Shown: positions 47,208 through 59,684 of the stretch, piece by piece | How the letters are laid out: the number at the start of each line of letters is the position of its first letter | How positions within the stretch are numbered: position 1 is the first letter of the stretch | Source of the DNA: Azolla caroliniana | Taxonomy: Eukaryota; Plantae; Polypodiophyta | NCBI GenBank assembly: GCA_043228905.1 | Contig: JBHGNT010000013.1 | Span: 2,852,001-2,916,000, forward strand | Direction: 5' to 3' | Length of the DNA stretch: 64,000 nucleotides | Made by a program: the position numbers and the translations under genes | The notes under the pieces: generated by a model | Database searches by the model: none | Told to the model about the DNA's origin: nothing | The model's input: the letters and a program-made list of their open reading frames with translations, nothing else

Positions 47208-50200
47208 TTAAAGACGACGAGTGGAACGAGTCGGTGCTAATTGCGGGCCGGGTTTGTCCAGATACTTTCGGTGGAAATTAGCAAGAAGATCCTGTGCATT
47301 GGCAACCTGCTCGACGGGTTCCCAAGTACGGTCGCTTGGACTAAAACCGAGCCAATCGACCAAGTAATAAAGTTTGTTGCGAACAAGTTTGGAATCGAGG
47401 ATGGCAGCAACTTCATACTCCGGGCCGGCGTCCAACTCCAGTGGGGGCGGCGGTGGTGTCACACGATCGGGAATGGTGTTTGCTTTATAAGGTTCAAGAA
47501 GAGAACAATGGAAAACCGGATGTATCTGAAGCTGTGGAGGGAGATCAAGGCAGAATGTGACATCATTAATCTTACCCGTAATACGGAAGGGACCGAGTCA
47601 TCGATAATCTAACTTGTCGCACGGTCGAGTAGTCTTGATGTGACGACGTAAGAGCCATACTCGAGCTCCGATGGCAAAAGAGGAGGGAATCCGATGACGA
47701 TCCGCATAAGTCTTCTGTGTGTGTTGAGCATGACGAAGGTGAGTAGAGAGATCCATCTGGATCTTGCGTAGCCTCTCCAAATGATCCTCGGCACGAGGGT
47801 TGGTAGGTAGCTCCGGGGTGTCGATCACCAACCAGCGAGGATGGAAACCGGTATAAGCGAAAAATGGGGAGACTCGAGTCGAGGAGTGAATAGCATTATT
47901 ATACGCAAACTCCGCAAAGTGGAGAATCTCGGCCTAGTCGTCCTGTTCATAACTCAGGAAACACCGGAGATATTGCTCCAGCATTTGGTTTGTTCGTTCC
48001 GCCTGCCCGTCGGTCTGAGGATGGTAGCTGGTGGAGAGGTTGCAGGAGACCTTGAGCATCTTGAAGAGATGCTGCCAAATTTTGGAGACAAATTGCGGTC
48101 CTCGGTCACTGATAATACTGTTTGGGAGGCCATGATGCCGAAATACCTCACGCATAACAAGAGCGGCGGTTTCCTCGCTAGTGATGGCTTTAGTACACGG
48201 CACAAAATGTGCCATCTTCGTATATCGATCGACGACAGTTAGGATAGCATCGAACCCCTTCGAGACCGGTAGATCTGTGATAAAATCAAGACAAATAGAC
48301 TCCCACGGCTTACTTGGAATCGGTAAGGGTTCCAACAAGCCATATGGATGGTGTCGTGGCATCTTTGCTCGGCAGCAAGCATCACAGGTCCGAACGTAGT
48401 CATCGACAAAACGGCGCATGTGGGGCCACCAAAAAGATCGTTACACTAGCTCCAACGTCTTAGTACTACCGAAATGTCCCGCCATATGAGTGTCGTAACA
48501 ATGTTGGACGATTTGAAGGCGACAGGAGCAATTGGGGACATATACGCGCTTTTTAAAGAATAACAAACCATCATGATATTCGAATTGTCGGTAGTCAATA
48601 CCTGGTTGTTGAGACCGAGAACAGGATGCCCGAGAAGTATCAATGTGCGCCAGGATGTCTTGAGCAAAACTATCCGTCTTCAAGGTTGCACGTATGTCAT
48701 TGGTAATCCGTGAATCCATCGAGGTGTGAAAAATCCGCGTCGTGTGCAATCGTGTTGGTCCCAAGATTACTTGCTTTTGATTATCAAATGTTGCGTCACC
48801 AGGACGAGGTGCAAGATATGAACGTCGTGATAGTGCATCTGCTTTTCCTTGCTGCTTCCCCGGTCGATATGTGATTTTGAAGTCGAAACGCGTGAGGAAT
48901 TGTGCCCACCGAGCTTGCCGTCGATTTAGTACGCGAGCGTTCTGAAAATAAGCAAGATTTTTATGATCACTAAAGACAATGACCTGATGTGGAGAGCCCT
49001 CTAAGAAATGCCTCCATTGTACAAATGAATCCACGATGGCTAATAACTCCTTGTCATGTATTTCGTAGTTGATTTCTGCGACATCGAATTTGCGCGAATG
49101 GAAAGCCACCGGATGCAACTCTTCTTTATCTCCTTGTTGAGAAAGGATGCTACCGAGGGCGAAATCTGATGCGTCGGCTCCATGATGAATGGTTTGCTTG
49201 TATCCACATGAGCTAGAATCGGTGCTGATGTAAAGGCTTTCTTAAGATGCCGAAAAGCCATATCTGCTTCTATGGACCAAAGAAATGCTTGGCCCTTCTT
49301 CGTAAGTTGTGTGAGAGGTAAAATAATCTTCGAGTAATCCTGTATAAACTTACGGTAGAAGTTAGCAAAACCTAGAAAACATTGTACATCTCGTACCGAC
49401 CGTGGAATTTGCCACTCTAGTACAATTTGGATTTTAGCTGGATCCATGGCGATGCCCTTTGAGGAGATGACGTAGCCTAGAAATTCCACTTGCTTGCAGT
49501 CAAAGCTACATTTTTCTAGCTTGGCATAAAGACCATTTTCGCGGAGTCGCTTTAGTACTAATAGTACATGAGAATCGTGCTCTTCCTGGGTCTTCGAATA
49601 AATCAATAGATCATCCAGATAAATGATCAAACAAATATCCAAGAGGTCTCTAAATATATCATTTGCCATGTGTTGGAAGACTGCGAGTGCATTGGTTAGG
49701 CCAAACGGCATAACAGTATACTCGAAATGCCCATACCGCGTGCGAAAGGCGGTCTTCCACTCATCTCTCGGTCGGATCCGCACGAGGTTATACGCTCCTC
49801 ATAGGTCGATTTTAGTAAAAAAAACTTGGCACCATTAACTCGCTCTAAAAGACTTGATATAAGAGGAAATGCATACCTATTCCGGATGGTGACTTTATTC
49901 AATCCGCAGTAATCAACGACAAGACGAAGTGAGCCATCTTTCTTCTTGACAAAGAAGATGGGTGCACCGGCCGGAGATTTCGAATGACGGATGAACCCGC
50001 TTGCCAAGTTCTCCTCTATGTAGGCTCGAAGGACTTCTAACTCGGTGGGTGACAAGTTGTAAATTGGTCCCAATGGTGGCTCGGTTCCTGGTTGTAAATC
50101 GATGGGACAATCATAGGGACGGTGATGATGAAGGGTACCGGCTTTTACCTTGTCAAATACATCTGCATAAGGATGATATTTTGTCGGAAGTTGTACTAAG

Positions 50201-50781
50201 GAGTCCTTCGTAATAGTGCTGGAAGGATGTACTGATATTGCAAATAGGAATATTGCCTCCTTGGGTCCTTCCTCACGTAGTTGATGGAGTGAAATGGTCG
50301 AAACTCGGTGAGTTGATTATTGGGGTGGTCGATATCGGACTTCTCTTGTTCTCCAATCTATGGCTGGATTATGAAATTCAAACCAAGGTAATCCTAGGAC
50401 AATGGGATGCTCTGGACTACTAATTATATTAAATGATATTATACACACAAAACTACCTAGGACAACTTGAATGGGTTCTGATTCTTCTACAATATTCCTG
50501 GAAGCAATGGGACGACCATCAATGACTACTACAGATGTGGGACAAGGAAGTTTTCTTAAGGATATCTGAGAAGCTTGGGCAAAATTTCGATCCATGAAAC
50601 AGGAATTAGCTCCGGAATCTAAAAGTGCTAGGACGGGTACTGGGGGAGTACTTTTAGTACTAACAATGACTTGGGCTAGGAACACATTGCTAACTTGCTT
50701 GGAAGGAATGGAACCACTAATGGGCTGTATAGATCTAGGGCTGCTGTCCAACCAAACGGCTCCTATTTTGGCTGGACTCAA
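47208..50781 (-). pseudogene. pol of L: PR-RT-RH-INT-chromodomain
   Basis: LLDSGA, KKKDGSLRL, YLDD, HPVAFHS, SDRGPQF, YEVAAILDS..YLVDW.G..RTWEP; several frameshifts and stops. Confidence 0.94.
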
Positions 50782-51935
50782 TCGTTTAACTCTTCATCTA
50801 ATTGACTAAGGATTTCAAATTTATTTGAGATACTTGGGCTATTAGTACTATGAATACTATCAAACACTCTATTAGTACTATTAATACTATCAGACACTCC
50901 TAAGGGAAGAATTGACTTGGGTTTAGTACAGGCTACAATTTGATTTACCTGTCTTCTTGGCCTATGGGGACAATTGATTGCGATATGCCTTGGTCCATCG
51001 CAATAAAGACATAATCGATTTGCACGTTGTCGTTGCTTTTCTTCTTCCGATAACGGGCCGCGTCGACGCATGGTATCGATCTCCATCGGTGTCGAAGTAT
51101 TTGCTTGAGGTATGTCTCGTGCAAACGGTTTAGCCGCGACTGCGGCGTAAGTGGGCTCCGGCCTAGCGCGTGGTAACTGTAATTGATGTTCTGAACGCCG
51201 TTCAAAAAGGCGGTTGTCACATCGGACCGCTCGATTGATTGCCTCCGTAAGAGACTTTGGTTCTTCGGGGAAGGTTAGAAGTAGATCTTTGACATCATTT
51301 CGCAGGCCATAGCGAAACTGCTCCATTAGTGCTTGATCATCCCAGGGTATGTCTGAAGCGAGTAGGCGGAAATCCGCCGCGTAGGCAGAGGCTGGACGAT
51401 CGCCTTGATGCAATTGCCGGATCTTGTTGATCGTCGTCCTGATGTTGTCGGTGTCTCCAAAGCAGGCTTTGAACTCACTAATAAAATCTTCAAAGTTATT
51501 AAGCAAGGGCGATTGTTTTTCTAGAAGCGGAGCGAACCATGCTAAGGCTGAGCCGCTAAGCAACGTGCCTATTAAGCCGACTCGGGATGCATCTGTGGGG
51601 TATCAGGAAGGATGCATTTGGAGGACTAATCGTACCTGATTAAGGAATCCCCTGAATTGCGATCGCGTTCCATCAAATTTCACAGGAAGTCCAATCTTCG
51701 GCTCTTTATGAAATCCTTGGGGACTCGATCCTTGTTGTTGCAATGCCGCTTCGAGTTGTTGCACCCGTAACGCTAACTCCCCATGTTGTTGCTGCATTTG
51801 TTGCTTTTCTAGAGCGATTTGTTGCAGATCCCCTATCAGCTGTTGGTTTTCTTGTTCCAAGGCAACAAATTTTTCTTTTAAGCATTGTAGCTCGGAGAAA
51901 CCGGATTGATATTCTTGGGCGCTAACAGTAGCCAT
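50778..51935 (-). pseudogene. gag of L
   Basis: PVKFDG..RGFL, LSGSALAW, PMEID, LCLYCDGPRHIAINC; one internal TGA at 51603-51605. Confidence 0.92.
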
Positions 51936-52070
51936 AGTATAGGGAAAAGGGTAGGAGGAAAAATTGGTTCAAACTGTCAGGAATAGTACTAAGCAGAGAT
52001 GGAATTAGTACTAAAGAAGAGCAGTACTATTAGTACTAAGAGGACGGGACTACGTAAGACTCTCGAGAAA

Positions 52071-52102
<32 letters not shown>

Positions 52103-52365
52103 AGCGAAAAGAGAGATAGCGAGGATGAGAGAGAGAGAGAGAGAGATGATGATAACAGCCAATATATTATGTGAAGGATAAGTACAAAATGGCTAAGAGG
52201 CTTAAGACTGGCGTTGAACCAATTTGGTTCAAAACAATGCCTTGTGCCTCCTTTTATAGTGTTTTTAGGAATAATCCTAAAGCTTCTAGAATGTTCCAGA
52301 GAGATCTGGAATATACATCAATTTTCTATGATAAAGCATAAATGAAAATAATATTCTACAAATTA

Positions 52366-52435
52366 CAATTCATAGTCTAATGGTAAGAGCTCGACCCATG
52401 TAGCATAAGGTCATGGGTTCGAGTCTTGCCATATT
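52366..52435 (+). promoter_or_regulatory. tRNA-like Pol III A/B-box cassette in the 5' LTR of L
   Basis: Same as the 47121-47190 copy; A-box at 52373, B-box at 52416. Confidence 0.78.
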
Positions 52436-52446
52436 ATGACACCAAC

Positions 52447-55131
52447 GACATTCACAAGTGGCGGCCCATTACTCTTCTCAATACTGTCTATAAGTTGCTC
52501 GCAAAAATCGTGGTACGTCGTTTAACTCCACTTCTTCCTCAACTCATTCATCCGTCACAGACAGGTTTCGTTAGAAATCGGAGCATCCTAGACAACCTCT
52601 TCTCATTTTGGGAAGCAGTAGCCCTTGCCAAGCAGACCAACAAGAAGGTAGCGGTGGTGCTACTAGATTTTGAGAAAGCCTATGATAGGGTATGCTGGAA
52701 CTTTCTAGAAAGTGTGATGAGGAAAGTCGGCTTTCAAGAGACATGGATCAAAGGCATTGCAGGATTTTATAGGAATGGCAGCAGTTGTGTTTCGCTGGCA
52801 GGTGAAAGGGGCCCCTTTTTCCGAATATCCCGCTCTGTACGGCAGGGATGTCCACTAGCTCCATCCTTATTTCTATTATACGCCGAAGCACTCTCTTGCT
52901 TTCTCAACTCACGGCATCTCAACCTACGTGGTCTTCCCATACCTCATTCTTACCAAAGCATCCTGGATATAGAATTTGCAGATGACACAGCAGTCTACCT
53001 GCAAGGGGACCTGGAAAACCTCCAAAAGCTAGAAAGTGGGCTAGTTTTATTTTGCAAGCGATCCAACGCCATGATCAATTGGCACAAATCTTGTGCAATA
53101 TGGCTTTCTCAGGAAACACATCCGGCGTGGCACCCTCACCCCGCTTTCAAGTGGATCAATCAAGGTGCGACCACCAAATATTTGGGCTTCCAAATTGGCT
53201 TCAACATACCGCCGGAGACTATGATTGCACCCGTTATCCTCTCCATTCGACAAAAGTTGATACATTGGAGCTCTAAAAAATTGTCGCTAGTAGGTTGCAT
53301 CATAGTGGCAAATCAGGTACTCCTCGCAACAGCATGGTACAGTCTATCACGCTGGACAATCTCCAACGAAAGTATACATTAGATTCAACGACTGGTCCGC
53401 AACTACATTTGGTCTGGTAAGGAAGACCATGTAGCTCGCGCCAAGGTGGCGTGGCCTATACTCACAACGCCTAAGTCAAGAGGGGGATTGGGTCTTATTG
53501 ATCCCCTTTCACAATCGAAAGCCTTACTTGCCAAATTTGTGGTGCGCGGACTCCAACCAGGAAATGATTGTTGGAAAATGCTACTGAGATTACGTTTCGC
53601 TTACTTTAAGCCACGAAAAGGGGTCGATTGGGCCCCCCAAATAGGATGGATTCTAAACATGGATCTCAAACCTAGTTTCTCCCGCCATTTGGAGGATAGA
53701 TTCAGTGCATCCATGTGGAAGGCATGGTGTGACATTCGTCGGGGGCTCCAGTGTGATCAACCGAGATCCGAACCTGCCTGGCTCAGTCAACGTATCCTAT
53801 GGAACCCATGTCTCAAGGATGAATCTAATCAACTACTAGGATCACGTAAGGGGTTGTCATGGGGATACATTGCAGAAGGTCCAGGCAAAAGTATTGAATG
53901 TTGGCGACGGTTTATGTCAATGCCACTACAAGATCAAGCGAACATACTCCATGGAATCAGGGGCGGATGGACTATGAGATCGGAAATCATTAACGTGTTA
54001 CTGATTAGGGACTCTGCTATTCAAAGGACAACAATGGAGAAATGGATAGGCCACGAGGAGGAGGGCTCTTTGATCCCGAGAGGTAGGGGATCACCAGACA
54101 TGCTCGAAGGCCATGAAGTGAGAGACACTGCGACACCCACACAGAATAATGCCATTCGAGTACTCGCGTACACTGGTCATAAATGGATTGTAGATCCTGA
54201 TCCGATCAAAGTACAACCCGATTGGCATATATGTACTCATGAAAACACATGGCTGCGTAAGGTCAGTTGGGACCCTTTGCAATGGACATGGCGTGATCCC
54301 TATGCGGTGCAAGGAAGCAAACCCATCCCTTTCTTCCAATTCACAACTAGATTGGGTCGCCACATTCTAGCTGCTCAAGCCGCCTGAGAACCGGCTGCTG
54401 CAAAGGTCTGGTACACATTTCAAGTTCCCTCCGCAATAATCACCAAGTTTTGGCAAAAAATCTGGAAGCAACAACACGCGAGGCGAATTACCACTTTCCA
54501 ATGGTTGTTAATACATAAGTCCCTACCGGTGGGAACATGGCAACATGGGAACCTTAACTCTCCTAATTGTGTAGAGTGCCCACATGCAGTAGAATCCATA
54601 CGACACGCTCTGTGGGACTGCCCAACATCCCATAGAACATGGCGGGGGGTTGGCCGCTTGTTGCAATTATGCCAGGTGCAAGGTTCAATCAAGTGGGGAA
54701 ATATATGTTGGCTATCATGACAGGCTGCAATTGGCCGATACGAGCATCAGGAGGAGGGGATGACTTTGGTGATAAAAGCACAAGAGGTTATTTTCTCCTC
54801 CAGCGACAATGTCCACTATTTTCCTCTTAATGACAAATCTCAAGAGGTGTTGGAATTGGTCAGCCCAATAACCCTTTGGATTCTATGGAAACAACGATGT
54901 AGGCGAGTCTTCTCCAACCAAACCACTCATCCAACAAGGTTACTGCAAGAGATATGGAGTGAAATTGTAGCCACTCTGAAGAGCCAATATGATGGCCTTA
55001 AAGGTGGCTCCGAGGGAGGTGAAAGACAACGCATAGCCTTCATCCAACAATGGTCGTCCTCTCCCTTTCTTGAGTCAGTGGGCTTCCACATTAGATGGAA
55101 CTATCGCATCCCTTTAGGGATTTGTACATAA
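52447..55131 (+). pseudogene. L1 M ORF2 RT and C-terminal part
   Basis: Resumes DIHKWRPITLLN after the TSD; in-frame stops; ends WNYRIPLGICT. Confidence 0.92.
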
Positions 55132-55196
55132 TCGCCTCATTTGTAAAATTTTATAACTAATGGAAGGAGTTTTTTTGGAAAAAAATAAATAAATAA

Positions 55197-55229
<33 letters not shown>

Positions 55230-57140
55230 TTTTGTAAAACACGCTAAAAATAATATCATGTAATGATGCTACATTGCTATATATTCTCAAAAAAAAAAAA
55301 TGCCAAAATAAAATATATTCTCGAATCTTTATTCTTTACTAATAATATTAGTTAAATTTTGATTTACACAATAAACCTTACTAAATATTTTAGAATCTAT
55401 TTTTGGAGAAAATGTCTGTTTTAGGATGTAAACTCTATATATAATTTTAATGTTTTAAATATTAACTATTTAACCTATTGTTTTAATATCCTTTAATAAA
55501 AAATTTAGGTTAGTAAAAAAAGGTGGGTACTTACTAATAGGTAACAAGTTATTATTGCACATTGCAACAAGGTAGATACTATAGAGTTTTCTATTCTCTG
55601 TTTACTCTATTTTTCATGCCTTACTTCAGATTTACCATTGTAAATCTTTTACATTATATTGTAAATACTACTAAACATTTTGGAACAACTCCAACAACCA
55701 CTATTTTGGAACCCTAGGATAAGAAGCGAGGACAGCATGATGCTTGGACAGAAAAAATATTTGCCATGGGGCCGCATGTTAGGGTACAATGTTAGTTCAG
55801 TAAGAGAGTGGGATGTTTTCAAAATGAAGAGGAGTGAGGGTCAGTTTGGTAGCATTTCTTGTAGGCTTGAGAAGGTGACCCAACTGATAAATAAGGTTGT
55901 TGATGGTCTAGTTCGGTTGAATAAGGAAGAGGGGGTTTGGTCTGGGTGGTTTGTAGGTGAGAGTGATGGACAAATTATCCGTGGCAAGTGTCCATCTAAT
56001 GAATATCACTTGTGGGGAAACCTAAGTGCTTTGTCCAACAATGGTCAGTGGTTGGCAGTGCAGGTGGTAGTGTTGGAAGGTAAGAGGTGGCAAGTAAACC
56101 TGAAACCAGGGAAGCTAGATACTGATGGTAAACTATGGCTATTTGACAACAAGCCTCTACATGATTTGGAGTGGGATCCACTAGAGGTATGGTGGCAGAA
56201 ACCGGGAACGAACAAACTGGAGGGGTTTTTTTATTATAGTACTAAGCTCGGAAGGCAAATCATTGGCTCCAAATCAATGGGCATTGTTTAGACTCGCAAT
56301 AGTTGGAGGGATAAAGGCATATCAGATGACTTGTTGAAGTCGTTTTGGAGGAGACTATGGGCATCAGATATGCCAGAAAAAATAAAGGTGTGGTTTTGGC
56401 TTCTTAGTCATAAGGCGTTACCCGTAGGGGAGTGGATGAGGTCTCGTGGTGGGGAGGCTGGTTGTACGTTATGTGGTCACTCTTTGGAATCGATACCTCA
56501 CTGTTTTTGGAACTGTGCAGAGGCAATCAACATTTGGGGTCGAAGTCTCAGGATAATGGCAACATGCGGTGTAAATCGGAGAGTTGTGTGGGGGTCCTTA
56601 CAGGGTTTGAAACTAACTAAGGAAGGTTGGGCGGAACATCTAAATCCACATGGTCATGGTTTTATAGTGCAGGGCGGCAGTGTATTCAAATGTCTTGGAG
56701 TGTATTCAAATGTCTTACCATTACACTAGCATTTCATTAGTGTTCAAAAGTAGATGTTCCACATAGAAAGGTTAGTTCACCTAGGATAAACTTTAGTTAA
56801 AAGAAAAACTCATGCTAAAAGAAAAAGCTATGCATGCACATCTAGCGTGCATGAATGCTATAGTTGATAATAAAAAACGCACAAGTTAGAAAAAGCATGA
56901 TTACTTTAGATAAAGCATATAGTCTATCTATAGGAAAAGCATGGAGTCTATAGTTAGAGAAGAAAAAGCATGGATTGCTAAGACTCTCTCATCTCTATAT
57001 AAGGATGAGGAGCATAGTGTAAGGGTGTGAAATATTTGGGAAATTGGATATATTTCCTAAAACACCAATTAATAAACTATACTCGTGGGATTCACGAGAT
57101 TTCTATATCTTTCTCTATCAATCTAAATACATATTCTTAT

Positions 57141-57186
57141 GTTCCTAACTAATGGGAAAGTAGCTTCATTTTGGGAAAAAAAAAAT
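57141..57186 (+). mobile_element. 46-bp L1 3'-tail insertion
   Basis: TAACTAATGGGAAAG..TTTTGGG-poly(A) flanked by the 14-bp TSD ATACATATTCTTAT. Confidence 0.85.
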
Positions 57187-57365
57187 ATACATATTCTTAT
57201 ATAAATATTAATCAATAAAATACATTATACTTGTGGAATTCACAAGTTTCTAATAATCTATTCATAATTAGAATTGTCTCAAATTCTTCCTCCTCCTAGT
57301 CCAAAACCCCCAGCGGTTCCCACCCAACTCACGCAACGATCTGGCGCCGAAATGCATGACACAAG

Positions 57366-57383
57366 TGGTGAACCCGACGTGAA
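57366..57383 (+). promoter_or_regulatory. PBS of K complementary to tRNA-Trp
   Basis: TGGTGAACCCGACGTGAA is the reverse complement of the plant tRNA-Trp 3' end (..TTCACGTCGGGTTCA-CCA), as recalled. Confidence 0.85.
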
Positions 57384-57399
57384 GACGGGTGGCAAGGAG

Positions 57400-59115
57400 A
57401 TGGAGAATCAACAAGAGGCGATGAACATGATGATGATGATGATGATGATTGAGCGGATGCAACAAGAACAACGCGCGATGACGGAGATGAAGGCGGCAGT
57501 AGAGTGGCTTGTGCGACGAAATGGGGAATTCAACGGAAATGATGTGTCACGCTATCTACGTGACTACAAAGCGGAGATGATGCGATGTGGGATACCGGAA
57601 GGATTGCAAGTGATATCCTTTAGTTGGGTAGCCACGGATGAGTTACAAGAAAGAATCTACAAGATACGGCAACAAAATCAAACATGGGGGTCTTTTGAAG
57701 AAGCTTTACGAGAGGCATATGACTACGAGAGATCGAAGGGACGAGATCGACGTGAGTTTGACGAATGGGTAGCATCAGAGAAGACCCACCGAAGTGCAAC
57801 ACAAGAATTCCTAGAGTTCGAGCATCGTTTTGCTCGACTCTCGGAGCGGGAACAACGATTGGTGGGGGAGGATAAAGTCCTAATGTTCGTAAAATCGATC
57901 AATCGAAAAGAAAGGATGGACATCGGGATCGAACTTGAAGACAATGACGGTGTGAATGGTCTTACCGAAGATTGGGCCGAAGTCCAAAGGGTATGTAGGA
58001 GACATGATGAGAGGATGATGAGAATCTTGTCAACGCCATGGCCGATGAAGGATGGTCGATTGAAGACAAACGATGGAGCCGATATGAAGGCTGAAATACA
58101 ACATGATGGTGCGACAGAAGAGGGTGTAAAACAAGCTACCCTCTTGTCTTGCGAAAGAACGACAGCAAAGGATAAGGCCAATAACCCAAGTGTAGAAGAA
58201 GATTTCGGAATACAAGTGTCTGAAACATTGGGTGAAAAAGGGGTAAGCATAATTTATGTTTGCATAATTGATGCAGTGAAAGAGAGCAAGGAGGACTTGA
58301 TTGAGGAGGTCGCCACGAAAGATGACATCGAATCAAAGGTGGCTATGGACGAATCAATGGTGGATGGCCATATCGAGACTTCCCCACCACTGATTCCAGA
58401 GACTCTGGCGGTTACATTCGAAAGGCAACATGAGACCGAAGAGACGGAAGGTGGTGGAGAGAAAACGAAGGCCGAAGCTGATGCATACAACGGAGAGATA
58501 GCCAAGAAGGTGGATATGCGTGAAACGATGGAGAATGATAATACCGAGGATTCCTACCCACTAATCCTAGAGACTTCGGCGGTTGTGTCCGAGAAGCAAC
58601 GTGAGACCGGAGAGACGGGAGGTGGCGGCAAGAAAGGTAAAGTCGGAAGCCGGTTCAGATGGAAGATGATCCGGACGAAATTCCGATCCGAAAGAAAGTT
58701 GACCCGAAACGGGGTCGACTCAGTCAAAACCGATCGACCGAGTCCAATTCGGCCGAACGCGAATACGGATGGAAGCCAACCTAGCCGAAAGATGATCAGA
58801 CGAGACCGATCCGGAAAGAAGCTAATCCGACTTAGTCGGAGGTTGAACCGGTCGAGGCCGGTGAAAACGAGGAAAAGAAAGCCAACCGAAACCGAAACCG
58901 ACCTGGAAGGGAGCCGAATCGGTAAAAACCGATCAACCAAGTCTGATTCGGCCAAATACGAATCCGATCGGAAGCCGATCCAACCGAAAGTCAATCGAAC
59001 GAGACCGAATCGGAAAGAAGCTAATACGACTCAACCGAAAGCCAATCGGACGAGACCGATCCGGAAAAAAGTCAAGGTTGATGAAGAGGCCAAGAAAAGA
59101 CATTACCACAGATGA
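57400..59115 (+). CDS. Gag-like protein of K with a long acidic then basic low-complexity extension
   Basis: Uninterrupted ORF after the PBS; GEFNGNDVSRYLRDY..TWGSFEEAL gag capsid-like N-terminus; (ATG)n poly-Met. Confidence 0.75.
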   Translation: MENQQEAMNMMMMMMMIERMQQEQRAMTEMKAAVEWLVRRNGEFNGNDVSRYLRDYKAEMMRCGIPEGLQVISFSWVATDELQERIYKIRQQNQTWGSFEEALREAYDYERSKGRDRREFDEWVASEKTHRSATQEFLEFEHRFARLSEREQRLVGEDKVLMFVKSINRKERMDIGIELEDNDGVNGLTEDWAEVQRVCRRHDERMMRILSTPWPMKDGRLKTNDGADMKAEIQHDGATEEGVKQATLLSCERTTAKDKANNPSVEEDFGIQVSETLGEKGVSIIYVCIIDAVKESKEDLIEEVATKDDIESKVAMDESMVDGHIETSPPLIPETLAVTFERQHETEETEGGGEKTKAEADAYNGEIAKKVDMRETMENDNTEDSYPLILETSAVVSEKQRETGETGGGGKKGKVGSRFRWKMIRTKFRSERKLTRNGVDSVKTDRPSPIRPNANTDGSQPSRKMIRRDRSGKKLIRLSRRLNRSRPVKTRKRKPTETETDLEGSRIGKNRSTKSDSAKYESDRKPIQPKVNRTRPNRKEANTTQPKANRTRPIRKKVKVDEEAKKRHYHR

Positions 59116-59684
59116 CAAGGACCAATCGGGCCATAGCAATGCAAAAAGCGAACGAAGACTATGGTGGATCGGATGGCGACAATGGTTCGGGTGGAAAGAA
59201 TGGATGTGTTCAAGATGGAGAGACAAAGCCGACATAGCAAGAGAAATGGAGGGTACTACAAGTAAAGAAGAATTACGAGGGCCGGTAATTGGAGACTGGA
59301 TAGAGTCTACAACCGAACAGAACTGGAAACCGGGCGGAGTCTGCAACCAAAAACCGGAGACCGAACGGAGTCGGCAACCAAAAATGACCGGCGACGAAAC
59401 CGACTATGCGAGTTGGATGGAACGATGCTACGAGTGCCTATAGCCGGGAAACGAGTGAAGATTTTCAAGAAGCGGACTGATGAAGAACCGTATCTGATCC
59501 TAGACAAGACCGACAAGAAGGAGCAATCGGACGAAGATCGTGGTGATGCGGGAAGCGAAGAAAGTGGATTACAACTCATAGTCGACTTAAGGGGAGAATC
59601 GGAGGAAGCTTCGAATGAAGGTGAATAGCAAGCATCGGGGACTTCGGCACATACCGGAGGATGTGCGGGTTCGGAGGGGGCGAG

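Larger units (their letters stand above)
46742..52441 (-). mobile_element. Ty3/Gypsy chromovirus L (Tcn1/Tf1-like), complete and fairly young
   Basis: LTRs 46742-47196 and 51975-52441 nearly identical, perfect TSD CCAAC, PPT 47197-47209, non-tRNA PBS 51961-51974. Confidence 0.97.
44683..55185 (+). mobile_element. L1-clade LINE M (ORF1 remnant plus full-length degenerate ORF2), interrupted by Gypsy L
   Basis: MKIITWNVEG, LQEH, NVYAP, GGDFN, SRIDR, SDH endonuclease; WRPITLLN, LDFEKAYD, RQGCPL, FADD RT; CVEC..H..C; poly(A) 55179-55185. Left end approximate. Confidence 0.92.
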
